Shown here: positions 25,789-39,593 of the stretch, piece by piece
How positions within the stretch are numbered: position 1 is the first letter of the stretch
Layout of the letters: each line of letters starts with the position of its first letter
Source: Octopus vulgaris
Lineage: Eukaryota
DNA: 64,000 nt
Direction of reading: 5' to 3'
Assembly: GCA_951406725.2 (NCBI GenBank)
Contig: OX597820.1
Coordinates: 123,194,001 to 123,258,000, forward strand
The notes under the pieces: model-generated
Seen by the model: only the letters and a program-made list of their open reading frames with translations
Database searches by the model: none
What the model was told of the DNA's origin: nothing
Translations under genes and position numbers: made by a program

Positions 25789-26232
25789 GAAACTGGCCTT
25801 TACTTCTGTCAGTCTAGAATTGTCTCGCTTCAATGATAACTGTACAGAAATGGCTTCATTTGCCTAACACTTTTATTAAATTCAAAATGAACCATGAGTT
25901 TAGTTCTAAGTGTGGCTTTGGGATTGACTACACAAACTCACGAAAGTTTTTATCATTGTGAGAAATTATAAAATCCTAAGGCTCATCAACCAACCACAAG
26001 TGTGCGTTAAACTCACATCGCATAAAAGACCATACCTAGAATGCTATAAAGGCTACCCTCCAGAATAATGTAGGATATTTTGGCGTGGAATCTGGAATGT
26101 AAATAAACAGGATGCCGTTTTTCATAAATCATTGCATCAGTAGAAAGATGCCTCTCGGCTCTTGTAGAAAAACTAACGAATAGGAAATCACATGGGAGAC
26201 CTCACAATCGGTTATTGGTGTAAAATGTTACG

Positions 26233-26646
26233 GGATCTTTTCGGTTTGAACGGCAGTTTTTTCTAGCGGTGTCATATGAAATTGTCACCAATAGTTATGA
26301 CACTAGTGTCGATCTATTGCATTTCAATCTGTTTTAGGGTTAGGGTTATGGGTGGGGTGAAGGTTATCTTTTTTTCTTCACAAATGTAAATAAACCCAAT
26401 CTGTTTCTTAAACGAGGGACATATTAATACTGCACAGAATGTTGTTTACCTTAATAGACGTCAGTGATTGGTTGAAATTGCAGAAATTGAAGAAAAAAAA
26501 CAAATATCTTACAAACTATAGAATTTTCTCAATAAAGCCAAGAGAAAAAGATGTTTTATAAACACATTCTACCAGTATAGGAAGTTTAACATTTTTTAGT
26601 TACCTAGAAATTATGTTAAAAACTGCCGTTCAAACCGAAAAGATCC
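26233..26646. mobile_element. Telomeric-repeat MITE, copy 7
   Basis: TIRs and a body matching the family. Confidence 0.9.
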
Positions 26647-26911
26647 CAGTATTGATATAATTGAAGACGAATGGTCATGTTTGGAAAGCTTTATCACAGA
26701 GTTGCTAAATCAGGTCCAAAAAAGAAAATACAGCAATAAATGTTGTCACCAAACGTGGAATCTTTTGTATAAATGATACTCAACCATTGACTTTACGTTT
26801 TTCCGATTGAAAATATACGCCCAATAATCGCTGTTTATAAAAGTCGATGTTACTCGAAAATCGCTATCTTGTAGAAAGTGTGTTAGCACTACAGTCACTT
26901 GCACGCGCGCA

Positions 26912-27036
<125 letters not shown>

Positions 27037-27874
27037 AGTAAACTGAATGTTGCACTAGGCGTTTATTTTGTAACTAATAAACTAGAAAAATATAGATATA
27101 TGTATGCATGGTATATATACGTGTGTGTGTGTGCGTGTGAACGAGTGTGTGTGTGTGTATGTGTGTGAACACGCGTGTGTGTGTGTGTGTGTGTGTGTGG
27201 TTGTGTGTGTGTGTGTGTGAACGCGCGCGTGTGTGTGCCGATATATACATACATATATATCTATAGATAAATGTAAATATAAATACATATACACGCATAC
27301 AATATATACATGCATAAGTGTATATATACGTACATATAAACATATACACAACCAGATATATATCTATTCTATAGACCATACATGTAAGTGTGTTTTCTGT
27401 AAAACATGTGTTAGTTTGCGAGAGCGAAATAAGTAGTTTTCGATTAACTTTGCTTCCATCGTAAGTGGTTTTCTTTGTAAGGCCATTAGAAAATAAATAC
27501 AAACACAATTCAATAAATATATACATAAATACTACAGAGCAAATTTAAGAGGAATTTTGAGATGTTGTGATTATGAATTACCGTTATACTAATAAAGAAA
27601 TTGCTAGAAAGCACTTGATGTAAGAAAATGTCTGAGATATAAGTGACCAACTGTTTCCAACCTATTCAGTTTGGTTTCTTCGTGTTTAACTTAATAGCGT
27701 TTGTACCCGAATCACATTTTGTGAGAACCTATTATCGATATTTGTGGAGAAAATTCTAAAATACATTTCACGTCTCCTACAGAAGATATATAGTTATGAA
27801 ATAACTATATCAACTATTGTTTTGAATAGTATGCAAACTCGTGTAATAGAAATGAAATTTATTAGTACAGCACT

Positions 27875-28077
27875 TACTCTTTTACTTGTTTCAGTCATTT
27901 GATTGCGGCCATGCTGGAGCACCGCCTTTAGTCGAGCAAATCGACCCCGGGACTTATTCTTTGTAAGCCCAGTACTTATTCTATCGGTCTCATTTGCCGA
28001 ACCGCTAAGTGACGGGGACGTAAACACACCAGCATCGGTTGTCAAGCAATGCTAGGGGGACAAACACAGACACACAA

Positions 28078-28110
<33 letters not shown>

Positions 28111-28281
28111 CATATATACGACAGGCTTCTTTCAGTTTCCGTCTACCAAATCCACTCACAAGGCATTGGTCGGCCCGGGACTATAGCAGAAGACACTTGC
28201 CCAAGATGCCACGCAGTGGGACTGAACCCGAAACCATGTGGTTGGTAAGCAAGCTACTTACCACACAGCCACTCCTGCGCC
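27875..28281 (-). mobile_element. tRNA-derived SINE (abundant family)
   Basis: Full-length match to the family. Confidence 0.9.
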
Positions 28282-28439
28282 TGAACAAAATTATTCAACA
28301 TCAAGTAGTGATCTAGGAGTAATAGCCCGCTGAGGCATTGTAATATTCGGCATATCATAATCAATTTCCATTCGAATTTTGATAGGTTAATATGGACTTG
28401 TTCTTCTTTTGTAATGACTTATGCATTAAATGTATCATA

Positions 28440-28766
28440 TCTCTATATATATAAACGGCAAAATGTCTGCGTGTGTGTCCTTTATACAAATCCACAATTT
28501 TTCAGTTAGAGGGATCACACTTTCTATGGTCATTTGAAACCGTCCAAGGGTGGTCGTGCACATCTTTACATTTCCCCAGTCACCCCGCAAAGCCATTAAA
28601 AAATCAATAGAAGTGACACTCTTTTGTGAATTTTCTATCCCAAACCCAATCAAAATGCCCGAAACTTGATACGCCAATTGAATGCCAGCTTGCGGTATGT
28701 GATTGGTCGGAAACTTGGACAGTACTCGCGTGTATGCGCGCACGCACGCAACTGTATATGCACTAG
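28440..28766 (+). mobile_element. Non-autonomous Helitron-like element
   Basis: a|TCtctatatatataaac 5' end; GC-rich subterminal region and CTAG|t 3' end. Confidence 0.6.
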
Positions 28767-28769
28767 TAC

Positions 28770-29645
28770 CTTTTAAGCAGTTATTCCTCCTACCTCTCAT
28801 CAAATTTCTCAATTATGATGTCCCTAAATCTCTGACCATATGAAGGGTCCTTAAGCATCCAAATCCTTCTTTTCCAGGTTGGTCTGCTTCTTGGCATCCT
28901 TCTGGCCAGAAGTATAAAGTAACTAATGACTAGTCTATGCTGGGGGATACATTCTTCACCAGAGGGGGTCTTTGTATTTAAGAGCAACCAGGCATCCCAC
29001 TGCCTGGTGAGAATGTAATCGACCTGGTTAGCGTAGCCACCCGATTGATAGGTTATCAGATGGCTGGTCAGCTTCCTGAAATTGTTGTTGCAGATCAATA
29101 GGTTATTTGCATCACAGAATTCCAGTAGCCTTGTTCTTTTTTCATTTTGTGAGCCAATTCCATGGTCCCCATGTACGCCATGGAAAATACCGGGCTGCCA
29201 TCTGACATGCTCATTGAAGTCCACAGCCATGAAGATAAGATCCTTGTCATTCATCTTAGAGGTAGCCTGCTGGAGAATATCATAAAAATGGTCCTTCTGT
29301 TCATTTGGTAGGCCCACTTGTGGGGAGTAGGCAAAGATAACTGACACTATGCTTTTCTGCAGGATTAGCCTGAGTTTAATCAATGTATTGCTCCCTCTCT
29401 GACTACCTATATGACCTTATTCACCCAATTCCCTGCAAGAAGTATGCTTACACTGTTTACTCCATTACTGTTACCTTCCAATAAGATTTTATACCTATGT
29501 GCCTTGCCTGTGAGGAACCTGGCTGAAGCTCCTCTCCACCTTGCCTCTTGGATGCAGCATACATCAATATGCCTCCATTCAAGCAGCTCAAAAATCTCGC
29601 TAAATCTATTTTTCAATGTGCCGACATTGATAGTACCAACGAGAA
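28770..29645 (-). pseudogene. RTE-type LINE endonuclease fragment
   Basis: IDVCCIQEARWRG, AYSPQVGL, DFNEHV, RLLEFCDANNLLICN, TYQSGG..NQVDYILTR, PQHRLVI. Confidence 0.85.
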
Positions 29646-30339
29646 CTGGGTAAGGGGTGTGAGTAGGAACATGGACAGGAGAGAATAGTATTGGGCACCT
29701 GAAAATAAGGTTTCAGTGATCGTTTGATAAAAGACATCTCACATCAGCTGGTCTTGCTTTAACCTATCATCATTCAAACCTGTTAAAATTGTTGTTTCAA
29801 TTGGTAGTGAGTAACATTGTAAATATAAGCATTACTGTTGCAAATATAAATAAATCAATGTGTAAATTAATTAATTATATGAATGATCTGCTATTGCTTA
29901 GTCCATTATATATAAGGAGAAAGAGGTAAGTGATTTGTTAATTTACTAATGATTTTCTAAATAGCATATCACCTTTTGGCACATGCAGTTGTGTGGATAA
30001 TTATTGGTGGCAGGGAAGGAGGGACAAAGGTATACAATTCTTCTGGTACAGAAGTGAGGCAGAGATCTGTAGGGGTTTCCGGTATTGAGAATAGATTTCC
30101 GGTATAGGTGGTGGGGTGGGAATGGGTGGGTGCATTGCAGACAAGCAATGTTCAGTTTACTGTCGCTGGGAAGGGAGACATAAGTAAAAAAAGAATGCAT
30201 ACAGATTTTAGAGAACAATGGTGAAAACTTTATGAAACAGTGATGGAGAACTAAGATTTTAGGGAATTATGGGTTGAAGGTTATTTGAAGAATTAAATAG
30301 TTACAGGTTATGATAGTACATGTTAGTATTACAGGTTAG

Positions 30340-30701
30340 AAGAGTGAATAAATGAATGAGGCAATTAAAAAGGCGAGAGAAAAATTCTTAGCTTAGCTAT
30401 GCACATCTCGAAACAACAATGAATGAAGTGGCGTGAAAGTCAAAGAAGACGTGCTGAAGATTATTTATAAGGATCACAGCCAGAAGTGGAGTTGATGTCC
30501 TCCACCATCATTACTACAAGAACTGGAGACTGTTTTAGCTGAAGGATGGACAAACATTCCTATGGAAACAATTCAAACTTTGTATGAGTCCATATCTTGT
30601 AGAATTGAAGCTGTAAATACTGCCAAAGGCGGTCCAACCCAATATTAAAATAAATTTGTTTGGAATTTTAAAGTGGTTCCTTATTTTGTGCAACCTTTGT
30701 A
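30340..30701 (+). mobile_element. Tc1 transposon 3' remnant
   Basis: LQELETVLAEGWTNIPMETIQTLYESISCRIEAVNTAKGGPTQY* is a Tc1 C-terminus; ends ...tgcaacctttg|ta. Confidence 0.8.
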
Positions 30702-30719
30702 TATGTATATTTGTGTGTG

Positions 30720-30783
<64 letters not shown>

Positions 30784-31054
30784 TGTGCGTGCATGTGTGA
30801 TTGCATGTGTGTATTTGTGTAAAAAGTATCTGTACTGTTGCGCCTGTGCTGGTGCCACATATGCATCACTGGTGCTGGAGCACATACAAATCACCCAGTA
30901 CACTGTGTAAAGTGGTTGGCATTAAGAAGGGCATCCAGCTGTGGAAACCGTTCTAAAACAGATAAGTGGAGCCTAGTACAGCTCTCTGGCTTGCCTCTTC
31001 CTCTTAAACCATACAACCCACGCCATCTTGGGAAAATGAACATTAAATGATGAT

Positions 31055-31089
<35 letters not shown>

Positions 31090-31654
31090 AATGTTTGTTT
31101 CCAATCTTCCATTAAGAAAAGCATGTTTATTCATAGGGAAATATTACCTTGGTTTGAAACAGGCAAGGTTTAGTGACAGGGAATGCATCCAGCAATAAAA
31201 AAAATCTGCCTCAAGGAGATCTGTTTGAGCCATTGAAGCTTTGGGGAGTGGCCATTACAATGATGTTGATGATTTGTTTGTCTCAATAGTTGTCTGCTTA
31301 TTTGTCTCCCTCTTTGCTCACCTGCTTTTTTATACCTATGAGCCTTGCCTGTGAGGAACCTGGCTGAAGCTCCTCTCCACCTTGCCTCTTGAATGCAGCA
31401 TACATCAACATGCCTCCATTCAAGCAGCTCAACAATCTAGCTAAATCTATTTTTCAATGTGCCGACATTGACAGTGTCTTTTTATTTAATCCTCCCAACA
31501 GGATGGCAGTGGCATGCAGATGACATCAAACCAAAAGATATGGAATATATTGTCAAAATACATAATGCTAACAATGGACAGGCTTGGCAAGAAGTCTTGG
31601 AGTGGGAGTCTTTCCATTATCAGTAAGTTGAACCATTCAAGAACCGACTCCTTG

Positions 31655-31694
<40 letters not shown>

Positions 31695-32353
31695 TTGTCT
31701 CTCTGTATACTTGTCTGTCTCCTTATCTGTTCAGCTATCTCATTTTCTGTCTGTGTCTCATTTTCTGTCTCCGTGTTTGTCTCTCTGTTTTACGTCTTCC
31801 TTCATACTCTTCCCTACCAACACTCCTTCTTCCTCCTCTCTCTCTCTTATTTTCCAATGTAGTACTATCGTCGGTTGGTCAACATACAATAGACTGTTGT
31901 AGTTTGCCATTTGTGTAACTTACACCTCGTTGGTTTGAAATAGTAACAAAAGGCTCTCAGGATAGACTGTATGCTCAACTTTAACCTTGCTGTGTTCAAC
32001 ATTAATCTTTCAACCTCATCTCCTGTGTTGGTGCCATAATACAAAGCCATCAAATTGTGCCACTTCTTGAGAGACTGGTGGCCACAACAACCTTCTTAGT
32101 GCTGTTGCCACATAGAATGAACTCTAAATTCACTGAGAAATGGTTGGCAAATAAGTAGAGAAAGTATAGGGTTGTGAGATCTGCATAGTCTTGTATGATG
32201 TGTATGAGCACCTAGTGTTTGGGGGAAATAGCTTCTAATAACAAATAGCTTGGGTTGTGATGACTTTTCCAACCCATTCCAGCATGAAAATCAGACAGTA
32301 AAATTATGAATATGATGATGATAATGATACACACACACACACATATATATAAA

Positions 32354-32950
32354 CAGGGTGACCCAAAAAAATGTATACACACTTTAAATAATTGTAAAGT
32401 AGGTGTTTATTTGAATACATTTCATGTTTAAAATTGACTGGATTCTACAGGCATTATTTAATTTTTTTATCAATGCCTGTTTTCAGACTGACATATGTTC
32501 TGGCCCAGGCACTGGTGACAACACAAAGCAATGGAATCACAAATATGACGAAACAATTCGTTTTGTATTTGCATGAATTCTCATTCAGTGGCTGCTCTCA
32601 AATCTGACTGTTGCAGGTTTCATAGCATAGACTTTGTCTTTTAGGTACTCACATAAAATAAGTCTAGAGGTGTGAGGTCTGGTGAATGCAGAGGTTATTC
32701 AATGAAACCCCTACATGCAATCCACCTGTTTGGCAGGATCTCATCAAGGAAAGATCTAACATTGCAACGGTAGCGTGGCGGGTGTCCCATCTTGCTGAAA
32801 ACAAAATTCCTCATCTTCAAAGTGTTCTCTAATGCTTGGCATGACAGACTGTTGCAGCAAGTTCAGCTAAATGGGACCAGTCACAGTAGCATCAAAAAGA
32901 ATGGTCCAATTAATCCTCTTGATGAAAAGCCACACCACACTGTAACTCTT
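32354..32950 (-). mobile_element. Tc1/mariner-superfamily transposase remnant with one TIR
   Basis: End cagggtgaccc; minus-strand FQQDG...SPDLTPLD....YLKDKVYA motifs. Confidence 0.75.
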
Positions 32951-32960
32951 GGTAAATTAA

Positions 32961-35534
32961 CCCTTTCGTTACCAAACCGCCTAAAGCCACCCGAAAAAAA
33001 TTTTGGTTCATGTGACCAAGCCATCCAAAACCGGCCGTAATCACCTATTCATATTTAAATGAAAATATCAGAGCAAATCTCGTTAGTACATTCGTGAAAA
33101 CACCTGATTATACTTCGTAAACAGTTCATCTACAGTTTTGTACAACGATCGACGTGTAATTTTCATTCTGTGAATTTTGGGAGATTTTTTTCCAAATTTG
33201 TTCCTGTTGTGTTTTCAAAATTTATAATTCTGACAAAAAATGGATATGAATTTCATTCTGTCAAGCAGCGAGTCAGAATTCGAAGGATTTTCCACTGAAG
33301 ACCTTTGATAAATCTAACTCTATGACTGAAAAAAAAAGCACGTGGTATTTGATAATGAATCTGATGTTTCATTTTCCGAAAGTGAAAACAGTGAATCCGA
33401 GAGTTCCGACAGCGATAAAGAAAATGAATTGGCACCTGAATGGAGTGAAAATTTAAAAACTGCTTCTTTCAGTGATTTTTCTGAAGAAACTGGACCAAGC
33501 CACAGACTTTCCCAGGAGAGTAAAGCATTAGACTATCTCTTTTTAATTTTTCCAATGAGGTTATTTGAAATCATTACAGCAGAAACAAACCGTTATGCTG
33601 AAAATAAACAAAGCGGAAAAAAGGATAGTTTGTGGTTTCCCACAAGCTTAAATGAAATTCAGGCATATTTTGCCATAAATATTATTATGAGTATCAGAAA
33701 GTTACCCAGAATAACAAATTACTGGAGTAGTGATGAGCCCTTTGGAGACGAATATGTCTCAAATATAATGACGAGGACACATTTTTTAAATTGACTCAGT
33801 ATTTACATGTAAGAGACATGAGCAGTACACCAGTGCATGGAGAATCAGGCTTTGATCCATTATTTAAAATAAGACCCTTCATTGACTGTGTTTAAAACAC
33901 ATATAAAACTGTTTATAAACCAGGGAGATATTTATCTATCGATGAGGGTATGGTGCGCTATAAAGGCCGAGTGCGTTTTTGACAATATATGCCAGGAAAG
34001 CCCACAAAATGGGGGATCAAAGTTTGGACGATTTGTGAAACAAATACTGGGTACTGCTGGGGATTTGAATTTTATAGTGGAAAAAGAGACAATTATGTAA
34101 GTCAGCATGGCCTAGGGTACAATGTGGTCTGGAATTTATCACTTTCATACCACAACCAGGGCCGTTTATTATTTTTGACCGACTTTTCTGTTCGGTCAAA
34201 CTTGCAGAGAATTTAGATACTGTGGCAACATATATATGTGCTACAGTGATTGCTAGTAGTAAAGGACTGCCGTTGGATATAAAAAAAGCAAAATCTACAA
34301 AAAAGGTGAAATAATTCAATGGCAGAAAGGAAATTTGCTAGCAACCGCATACAGAGATAAGAGGCAGTTCAATTTTCTGTCTACCTATGCATGGCTACAT
34401 TTGTGAACCTTGATTATAACAGGTACATGGATGGTGTAGATCTGCTGAATCAGATGATGTCTTATTATCCAGTTGGCAAACCGGGGAATAAATGGTGGCA
34501 ATACTTGGTTTAGTATATAGAAAATATGAGTATTACTAATGCGTTTATACTATATACCAAATCGGGACTGGCTCGAAAGCGATGCAACCATCTGCAGTTC
34601 CCTGCAGGTGTAGCAACACAATTAAAAGCTGATTATTGCTAAGAAAAAAATAACTGTAGGGAGAAGAAACAAAGCCTGCCAGAGGGATATCCTTCTGAAT
34701 TCAACCAATCTACATAAATTAGAAAAAAATCAAGGATCATAAATAGCAGTGTCGCGAATGCCTTCATCAAAAAAAAAGAAAGCTCCTAGTGGAAGGGCTG
34801 TTGAAACAACTTTCCTATGTGCATTCTGCAAGGTTGCATTCTGTAGAACAGGGTGCTTTACAAGTTTTCATGATAGGAATATTGCTTGATTTTATAAATA
34901 TTTTCAAATTTACTTTGTTTTTATTTTTTTTATTTATGTGTAATTTTAATTTACCTGTAAGGTGAGTGACGAATTTTGATTAATTTCTTTTATAAATCAT
35001 TATTGTATATTTCTATATATCTATGCATGTGGGAGAGCTTATCTAATCTAGTTGATGGTGTGTGTGTATTTTGTTTTCTAATTTTCTTCACAGATAAATT
35101 CTAGTCTTTCGATTTATTTATATCTTTATGGTACACCTGTCTTTTGTGTGCTTAAATTCACCTGATGAATCCAGTAATGTGCACAACTCTTCTATAGTAA
35201 AATTTTGTTGTATACCCATTTTGTTGTATACCCATAAAATTTTGTTGTATAAACCATTTTCTATAGCGATGTTTGAACAAAAATTTTAACAATTTTATAT
35301 TTTGTTTAATTTACCTATATTTACCTGTAATTAAAGTCACTTTGAGACAAAAATTATGGAATAGAATTGGTTGAGAACCTTTTGTTAAATTTTTTTCCAA
35401 AAATCACATTAATATGTTGATAAATAAAAATGTTAGAGTTGTTTAATGAAACCAGACTAAATTTTTGATTATGTTAGAAATTAATTGAAACACATAAGTG
35501 GTGTATTTTGGTTAGAAGTATGGTAATGAAAGGG
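32961..35534 (+). mobile_element. Full-length degenerate piggyBac element
   Basis: TTAA at 32957-32960 and 35535-35538; 14-bp TIR CCCTTTCGTTACCA with 1 mismatch; PGBD4-like transposase inside. Confidence 0.92.
33240..34890 (+). pseudogene. piggyBac transposase (frameshifts and stops)
   Basis: Acidic N-terminus, ETNRYA, SIDEGMV.YKGR, QYMPGKPTKWGIKVW, YNRYMDGVD, and a Cys-rich C-terminus CxxC...CAFCKVAFC..GCF..FH. Confidence 0.9.
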
Positions 35535-36264
35535 TTAAATAAAAGTATTTAATAAGGCCTCTTGTAATTCCTGGCAGAGATTTGAAGCCGCCACTTCTAA
35601 TCACCCTTACCTACTGGGTCACGAAAGCAACAATACCTTAATGAGAAAATTAAAATATTGAAATTTATTTCATTTATTAGGCTTACTATAAAGATTTGAA
35701 GGAGATTTGATTATTATGTCAAGGCTGCCCTGTGACCTCTTCTACACACACACACACACACACACACACAATCATTTTGTTAATGGAAACTTGGTTGCTT
35801 AAATAAAAATGAAGTAATTTTTTTTTTTAAATTCTTGAAATTCCTAGAAGAGATTTGAAACCTCCAATTCTATGTTATATTACTACTCCTCAACACCCGT
35901 ATCCACTGGGCCTCTGAAGCAGCAACAATATGAATGAGAAAATTAAGATATCAAGATTTATTTTCAATTATTCGGCTTAATGTAACTATTTGAAAGAAAC
36001 TTGGTGACTATGTCAAGGCTGCCTGGTGACCCCTTTACTCCTTTACTCCTTTACTTGTTTCAGTCATTTGACTGCAGCCATGCTGGAGCACCGCCTTTTA
36101 GTCGAGCAACTCGACCCCGGGACTTATTCTTTTTGTAAGCTCAGTACTTATTCTATCGGCCTCTTTTTGCCGAACTGCTAAGTGACGGGGACGTAAACAC
36201 ACCAGCATTGGTTGTCAAGCAATGCTAGGGGGACAAACACAGACACACAAACACAGACACACAA

Positions 36265-36317
<53 letters not shown>

Positions 36318-37635
36318 TATACATATATACGGCAGGCTTCTTTCAGTTTCCGTCTACCAAATCCACTCACAAGGCATTGGTCAGCCCGAGGCTATAACAG
36401 AAGACACTTGCCCAAGATGCTACGCAGTGGGACTGAACCCAGGACCATGTTGTTGGTTAGCAAGCTACTTACCACACAGCCACTCCTGCACCTTGTTCAC
36501 ATAATCTTTTGTTGGGGGATATTTGGTTGCTTAAATAAAAATACTTCAGATCCCTTGTTATTCCTGGCAGAGGTTTGAAACATTCACTTGCATGTTGCTT
36601 CTGCATCTCAAAATTCATACCTCCTGGGCCATCAACATATTAACAATTTTAAAGGAAAAATTAATATATTCAAATTTATTTCAATTAATGGGCTTACTAT
36701 AAAGACATGAGGGAGATTTAATTACTCTGTGAAGACTGCCTTGTGGCCCCTTCTTCACATACTATCTTTTAGTTGAGGGAAATTTGGTTGTTTAAATAAA
36801 AGTATTTAATAAGACTCCCCTTGTAATTCCTAACAGAGATTTGAAACCTCCACTTCCAGTCACCCTTCCCTACTGGACCCACAAAGTAATAGCAAACTTA
36901 ATGAGAAAATTAAGATGTTTAAATTATTGGGCTTACTATAAAGAGTTGAATGAGATTTGGTTATTATGGGAAGACTGCTTTATGACCCCTTCTTCACACA
37001 CACTCTTTTTGTTGAAGGGAATTTAGTTGCTTAAAAAAAAATATTGAATAAGACCCCATGTAATTCCTGGCAGAGACTTTTAACCCCCTGCTTGGGTGTT
37101 CTAGTTACTCCTGGTAAACACCTTTACCTATTGGACCATGAAAGCAGCAAAAAGTTTAATGAAAAAATTAAGATATTAAAATTCATTTCAGTTATTAGGT
37201 TTACAGTGAAGATTTGAAGGAGATTTGGTGACTATGTGAAGGCTGCCTTGTGGCCTCTTCTTTATACACACACACAATCTCTTTGTTGAGTGAAACCTGT
37301 TTGCTTAAAAAGAACGAAATGGCGGTGCCCCAGCATGGCCACAGCTCGTGAGCTGAAACTAGATAAAATAAATATTTAATAAGACCCCTTGTAATTCCTG
37401 GATGGGGTTTGAAATCTTCACTTCCAAACATCTCCACCTTTTAGGCCAGTAAAGCAGCAACAATTTTAGTGAGAAACTAAAGATATTTAATGTTATTTCA
37501 ATCATTGAGCTTACTATGAGCTATGAGGGAGATTTGGTTGCTATGTGAAGGGTGTCTTGTGATCCTTTCTTCACACATACAGTCTTTTTGTTGACGGAAA
37601 TTTGGTTGGTTAAATAAAAATGAAAATATTTAATA
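35535..37635. repeat. Degenerate tandem satellite, ~6 units of ~240-270 bp
   Basis: Recurrent ttaaataaaa..ttgtaattcctggcagagatttgaa..aatgagaaaattaa..ggcttactataaag..ggagatttg..aaggctgcc; units start near 35535, 35800, 36531, 36792, 37031 and 37306. Confidence 0.85.
36033..36492 (-). mobile_element. tRNA-derived SINE inserted in a satellite unit
   Basis: Full-length family match that interrupts unit 2. Confidence 0.9.
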
Positions 37636-37639
37636 ATCA

Positions 37640-37900
37640 CCCTCATTGTTTAATGTCTGTCTTCCATGCTAGCATGGGTGGGGCAGTTTGACAGGAGTTG
37701 TCCAGGCAGAAGCCAGCACCAGACCTCTGTGACTGTTTTGGCAGGATTTTTACAGCTGGATGCTCTTCCTAACACCAGCTGCTCAGCAGAGTGGACTTAG
37801 TGCTTTTTATGTGACACAAGCACAGGTGAGATCAGTTTTAGCAATGTTTTTACAGCTGGATGGCCTTTTCAAACACCAACCACTTCACAGTGTGGACTAT
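37640..37900 (-). mobile_element. RTE 3' end / RTE-tail SINE (related pieces at 30810-31055, 44950-45125, 47145-47330, 51740-51920, 53560-53710)
   Basis: Shared motif ttccatgctggcatggg...ctggatgcccttcctaacgccaaccac with a (CAT)n tail. Confidence 0.7.
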
Positions 37901-39370
37901 ACATCCTGCCGCAATTATTGTGCTTCGTCTCAGTTCAGGGCTCGATGCAATTTTCATGATCGATCTTTGACAGCTAGCATTATCAATAATAGGCTGCTTC
38001 ATTTCTTCTATGACTCCGGCATTGGTATCATGACTAGCCAAGGGACTTGATATAATCACACCATCATTGTTAGGTATCCGTGCAGACTCAGTGTGAACCG
38101 TTGTGCAAAGAGTTGTACTCAATTCTAGTTCTGGTTCTTGTGTGTTCAGCAGTGTTAGTTGCTTGACTGCCACCAACTGCAGTGGGCGACCCTCCTTAAT
38201 CCATGCAGTATTCTTTCTGGTATGTATCGCATATTTTGCCTTTGTTGCAGCCTTGTCAAACATGGTGTTGTGTATCACATCCCCACCTTTTCCAAGAATG
38301 GGTTTACAGCAACCCTCAATTGTCTTTTCATTAGCTTTTTGGCTGGTGATAATTTACAACTACCTGAATCACTCGAATGGTTGAACAGAATTTTGTTCAA
38401 GTATTTGCCTAAATTCCCTGCCTTTGGATCAAAATACTTCAGTGCCGCTTTCACAGTTTGCATGGCCCTTTTAGCTGTGATGTTAGATGCTGGACTGTAA
38501 GCAGGTGTCTATCTTTCTGCTTTTATGACAATATATTCTTTAATGCAAAAAATTCAAGTCTGTTGTACATTACTAAAGCAGTGGGCACGCTTAAACAAGT
38601 GAAAACCTTCAAAAGCTTGCTTTTTATCACCTCAGTTGAGCGATTAGGACACAAGAAAGTCTTGATCCATTTTGAATAGGCATCTACAATTACGTTACCA
38701 ATATTTGGAACACATGCCCACATTCTCAGGGCCAAGAAATAGGCCATGAATCATTTGCCTTTGCTAAATTTGGCCTAGCTCTCGGGTAACTGTCAGATTT
38801 GACAAACTTCTCCACCAAGTAAGCCAACCCAGGCCACCAAACACACAGTCGTGCCCTCTTAATTGTTTGTTGAATGCCCATGTGTGTGTCATGTGTTTTT
38901 AGCTAATATTGTGGATCTGTAAGGTGCTGGGATAAACAGACAATTTTTAAGATATCTTAAGCTGTTCTCGCATGTTAGGAAATCCTTCCCTTTAACAAAT
39001 GCACATTCCAGATTTGAGACCAAACTCCTGTTTTGCCATTTCTTCTTTATTTTGTTGCATTTAGTTGTTTTCGTATGCCTTCCGTCATTATAGGATCGAT
39101 GTTCTGCCATGTACTGTCACATTTGTCTAAATGCAAAACCAAGAAAATTATGTCACCATTGTTAATCTCATTATACCGCAATCGATAGAGGACATCGACA
39201 TGCGGAATACTTTTATGAGGAACATGCTTAAAAATGAAATCCTACTGCGATAGGATCAAACTCCATCTGGCTAGTTTTTGTGAAGCACATTGCGATACAT
39301 CTAAATTTTTCACAAACAAGATTTTTAAAGGCTGGTGATCTCTGTTTCAAGATAAAACAGTGTAATGGGG
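37900..39370 (-). mobile_element. Gypsy/Ty3 LTR-retrotransposon pol remnant (RNase H end and integrase)
   Basis: DHQPL..LARWSLIL..DF..KH.P.KSIPHVDVL; H..HMGIQQTIKRARLCVWWPGL (integrase zinc finger); IVDAYSKW; SPAKKLMKRQLR; PELRRST. Confidence 0.88.
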
Positions 39371-39593
39371 TGGATACCAGAATGTAACAGTTGTTGTCTG
39401 TGATGAAGCCGAAGATGTTGATGTTGATTCCCTGAAAGAAAGAGTGGCTGAAGTTGTAGATAACGTTTATTTCTCCATTACATATAATAAAAGCTAAAAC
39501 CTGATGGGTAGGCATGTATAAAAGCAGTGGGAAAGCATACGAGGTAACAAGAGTTATATTTTCTTGTAAATGGGTAGATAGAGTTAGGCTTAC

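Noticed and set aside
35160-35200. ctgatgaatcc hammerhead start inside the piggyBac
   Set aside because: No matching stem II/GAAA/UH half downstream.
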